NCBI GenBank assembly: GCA_963824995.1
Contig: CAWGRK010000006.1
Coordinates: 498,860 to 518,859 of the forward strand
Length of the DNA: 20,000 bases
Direction: 5' to 3'
DNA from: an uncultured Actinomycetes bacterium
Lineage (GTDB): Bacteria; Actinomycetota; Acidimicrobiia; Spongiisociales; DATADW01
Shown here: piece by piece, positions 17,912 to 20,000 of the stretch
How the letters are laid out: each line of letters starts with the position of its first letter
Numbering within the stretch: the first letter of the stretch is position 1
The notes under the pieces: model-generated
Database searches by the model: none
Seen by the model: only the letters and a program-made list of their open reading frames with translations
Told to the model about the DNA's origin: nothing
Translations under genes and position numbers: made by a program

Positions 17912-18064
17912 AAACGCGGGAGAACCCCGAGTGAGCCTCGGCGCGAACGCCGCCACCCTCTCGGGGCTCCCGGTCCCGCCCGCCTCCGACCGGGCGAACC
18001 CGGCCATCTGGCTGGCGGTGCGGTCTTTCGACCGCTGTCGCCTCCGGGGTGAGCCTTTGGCGAC
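17912..18064 (-). ncRNA. Candidate structured RNA, copy B (family not recognised)
   Basis: Four hairpins: GUCGCC/GGCGAC; GCGGUC-GAAA-GACCGC; GGCCGGG-UUCG-CCCGGUC; GGGAGCCCCGAG...GGCG-UUCG-CGCC...CUCGGGGUUCUC. Homologous to copy A. Confidence 0.7.
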
Positions 18065-18071
18065 GGGGGGA

Positions 18072-18100
18072 AACATAGACCGAGCGGGGTGGCCTTACAG
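18072..18100 (-). promoter_or_regulatory. Putative sigma70-type promoter of RNA copy B
   Basis: CTGTAA-N17-TATGTT. The G that opens the first stem (18064) follows the -10 after 7 nt. Confidence 0.55.
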
Positions 18101-18127
18101 CCCGAACCCAGGGTGCCTTTTCGCGAC

Positions 18128-18638
18128 TCAACCAGGAATTTCGCGCCCCGGCGGGACCGGTAGCCCGTCCTCGAGGTAGCTCGGGGCGTCTCCGATCCCG
18201 ACGGCGAGCGCAGCCTTCATCCGCTTCATGAGATCGGGTTCGACCATCTCGAGTGCTTCCGAATGGCTGAGGAAGGCGTGACCCTTCAACTCGATTCGCG
18301 GCAACCGGATCCGGGCGATCTCGTCAGGCGTCAGCACGCCACCATCGAAGATCATCATCACCGCCTCGCTCCTGGTACCGGCCGCCGAGAGGTAGTCGAC
18401 GCAGAGCAGGCGGCCAGGTGAGCGGCGGAGCCCAACCTCTTCCTCGACCTCGCGTTCGAGGGCGCTGTCGCGGCGACTCATTCCGCCCGATCATCCCTCC
18501 TGGGATGCTCCATCCCCGCCGATATGTCGGGTCGACGACCAGCAGCCTGCCTTCGCCGTCGTGGAGCAGCGACCCGACCGCCATCCGCTTGCCGGGGAAT
18601 GGTCTGGCGACCCGCCTGACCAAATCGATCATGGCCAT
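18128..18638 (-). pseudogene. Nudix hydrolase with a 1-nt insertion at about 18468 (pseudogene or sequencing error)
   Basis: Removing one base gives PGGMIGRNESPRSALEREVEEEVGL, a perfect GX5EX7REUXEEXGU Nudix box, flanked by LLVVDPTYRRGWSIPGG and LLCVDY...MIFDGG. Confidence 0.88.
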
Positions 18639-18698
18639 ATGCCAGAGTTTTGCACCTGGAATGCACCGGAGGGGACGGCGCCAGCTGCACAGTGGCGC

Positions 18699-18758
18699 AA
18701 CAAATGAGAAGCCCCGAGGGAGCTCGCAGCCGAAGCTGCCAACCCTCTCGGGGCTCTC
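18699..18758 (-). terminator. Terminal hairpin plus U-rich tail of RNA copy A (probable intrinsic terminator)
   Basis: GAGAGCCCCGAG...CUCGGGGCUUCUC followed by AUUUGUU. Confidence 0.55.
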
Positions 18759-18857
18759 CGTCGGTCGTGACTCCGACCCGAAGGTCGTTCTTCCGACCGA
18801 TCTCCCGGCTGACCCTCTCAGGTCCTCCGGTTCCTCCGGGGGTTGCCCCCCAGCGGC
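18699..18857 (-). ncRNA. Candidate structured RNA, copy A (family not recognised)
   Basis: GGGGG-GCAA-CCCCC; CCGG..GACCU-GAGA-GGGUC..CCGG; UCGGUCG..CGACC-UUCG-GGUCG..CGACCGA; long terminal hairpin with GCAGC-UUCG-GCUGC. Preceded by a strong promoter and followed by a U tail. Confidence 0.78.
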
Positions 18858-18864
18858 AAGCGGA

Positions 18865-18893
18865 AATGTAGGGCACCCCAACGGCGGCGTCAA
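18865..18893 (-). promoter_or_regulatory. Near-consensus sigma70/SigA promoter of RNA copy A
   Basis: TTGACG-N17-TACATT on the minus strand; predicted +1 G at 18857. Confidence 0.8.
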
Positions 18894-19007
18894 CCTCCAG
18901 GCCATCTTTGGTTTCGCGACCTGTCACCTTTTTTCGCGTTCCGTCTTGATGGCCTGTTCGGACCGAGAATCCCAGGCGTGTCATTCCCATGTCGTAGAGT
19001 GCTCGAC

Positions 19008-19811
19008 ATGGGACTTGAGACACTCTCACCGAGCCGAGCGAGCGACTTCAAGGTCTGCCCGCAGCTCTTCAAGTTCCGCGCCATCGACCGGTTGCCCGAG
19101 CCCACCACGGTGTGGCAGGCACGGGGGACCACCGCCCACCTCGCCCTGCAGCGGCTCTACGATCTCCCTTCCGACGAGCGCAGTCCCGAGGCACTGTTCG
19201 ATCTCTTCCGGGCGGCGTGGACCGAGTTGCGCAACGAGGACGAGTTCGCCGGGCTGTTCGCATCGCTCGAGGATGAGCGTGCCTGGGGACTCGACAGCCT
19301 GACCGTCCTCGCCAACTACTTCGGGCTCGAGGACCCGAGTGCGCTCCAACCGCTCGATCGTGAGCTCGACATGCTCGAAGATCTCGACGGAATCACGATC
19401 CGGGGGATCCTCGACCGTATCGACGAGCTACCCGACGGCAGCCTGGTCATCACCGACTACAAGTCGGGCAAAGCACCGCCCGAGGCTTTCGCCCTCCCGG
19501 CCTTCTTCGCCATGAAGATCTACGCGGTCCTTATCAGGCGGCGCCTGGGCAAGACGCCCACCGAGCTTCGCCTGCTCTACCTATCCGGCCCCACTATGTA
19601 CCGGCTGATGATCGACGACCGCCAGCTGGACGCCATGGAAAGGCAGCTCAGGGCGCTCTGGCAGGCCATCTTCATCTGCGCCATTGACCGTGAGCAGTTC
19701 CCGCCCCGCCCGGGGCGGCTTTGCGACTGGTGCTCGTTCCGCTCGATGTGCCCGGCCTGGGAGGTCGTTGAGGTGGCGGATCCGGCCTTGCCGTTGGTGG
19801 TCAACGGGTAG
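19008..19811 (+). CDS. RecB-family PD-(D/E)XK nuclease with an Fe-S Cys motif (Rv2119-like / Cas4-like)
   Basis: LSPSRASDFKVCP, GTTAH, RGILDRID, ITDYKSG, IYA, CDWC..C. Probably leaderless (TAGAGT at 18995-19000, 7 nt before ATG). Confidence 0.92.
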   Translation: MGLETLSPSRASDFKVCPQLFKFRAIDRLPEPTTVWQARGTTAHLALQRLYDLPSDERSPEALFDLFRAAWTELRNEDEFAGLFASLEDERAWGLDSLTVLANYFGLEDPSALQPLDRELDMLEDLDGITIRGILDRIDELPDGSLVITDYKSGKAPPEAFALPAFFAMKIYAVLIRRRLGKTPTELRLLYLSGPTMYRLMIDDRQLDAMERQLRALWQAIFICAIDREQFPPRPGRLCDWCSFRSMCPAWEVVEVADPALPLVVNG

Positions 19812-19815
19812 GAGC

Positions 19816-19857
19816 GCGGACGGCGGACGGCGGACGGCGGACGGCGGACGGCGGACG
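19816..19857 (+). repeat. Heptamer tandem array (GCGGACG)x6
   Basis: Six perfect units starting 4 nt after the nuclease stop. Confidence 0.97.
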
Positions 19858-19872
19858 ATTCTCGGTCTCCCG

Positions 19873-19989
19873 GTTCTTGCGTGGTTGAGGTACCAGAACG
19901 GTCACTCAGCCACGCAAGAAATGGTGGACCGACAACCGCCACAGTTCTTGCGTGGTTGAGGTACCAGAACGGTCACCCAGTCACGCAAA
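19873..19989. repeat. Two direct copies of a ~48-bp palindromic unit, 71-bp period (REP/BIME-like)
   Basis: GTTCTTGCGTGGTTGAGGTACCAGAACGGTCACTCAGCCACGCAAGAA at 19873-19920; a degenerate copy starts at 19944; 23-nt spacer. Confidence 0.9.
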
Positions 19990-20000
19990 GTCCGGTTCCA

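Noticed and set aside
4507..18052. Long antisense ORFs (e.g. 4590-5825, 8387-9496, 9524-10597, 16817-18052)
   Set aside because: Typical high-GC shadow ORFs opposite well-supported genes.
18699..18857. Identification as SRP RNA, 6C, Ms1 or tRNA
   Set aside because: It lacks the SRP domain IV (CAGG...GGAA...AGCAG) motif, the twin C-rich loops of 6C and a cloverleaf. It is about half the length of Ms1 and lacks its usual gene context.
18418..19302. ORFs 18418-19302(+), 18478-19029(-), the upstream part of 18324-18905(-), and 17892-18131(-)
   Set aside because: No family motifs, Pro/Arg/Ser-rich shadow composition, and they overlap the structured RNAs and real genes.
19662..19690. Odd hydrophobic patch AIFICAI in the nuclease C-terminal helix
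   Set aside because: The frame is preserved and the Cys motif is intact; it cannot be told apart from natural variation or a local sequencing error.
19008..20000. CRISPR-Cas locus (Cas4 plus repeats)
   Set aside because: Only two long, fully palindromic units with a short self-complementary spacer and no cas1/cas2 in view. The nuclease matches the stand-alone actinobacterial RecB-like family.

Overview
High-GC actinobacterial chromosomal segment, most likely Acidimicrobiia-like (inferred from gene content and order: plsX beside rpmF/rnc, a SepIVA-like gene, an Rv2119-like nuclease). Most of it is conserved housekeeping DNA: a minus-strand recG-rsmD-coaD-sepIVA-like-yceD-rpmF-plsX-rnc-mutM-acyP run, divergent rpmB plus a cold-shock-fold gene, an Lrp/AsnC-domain gene, a hydrolase/membrane-anchored MurF-like/Ddl triad, fabI, an acyl-CoA ligase, a frameshifted Nudix gene and a RecB/Cas4-like nuclease. 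Small accessory genes sit at the left end. The best hidden feature is a pair of homologous, highly structured ~155-nt minus-strand RNA candidates (17912-18064 and 18699-18857) flanking the Nudix gene. Each has its own sigma70-type promoter, the same four-hairpin layout with GNRA/UUCG tetraloops and covarying stems, and shared CCCCGGAGG and GGUCGGAG motifs; I do not recognise the family. Also notable: a CGATGA-N18-GTCT ECF-type promoter ahead of two RibD/DHFR-family genes, GMRGACG heptamer arrays, a 48-bp palindromic repeat pair, and two single-base frameshifts that may be assembly errors.
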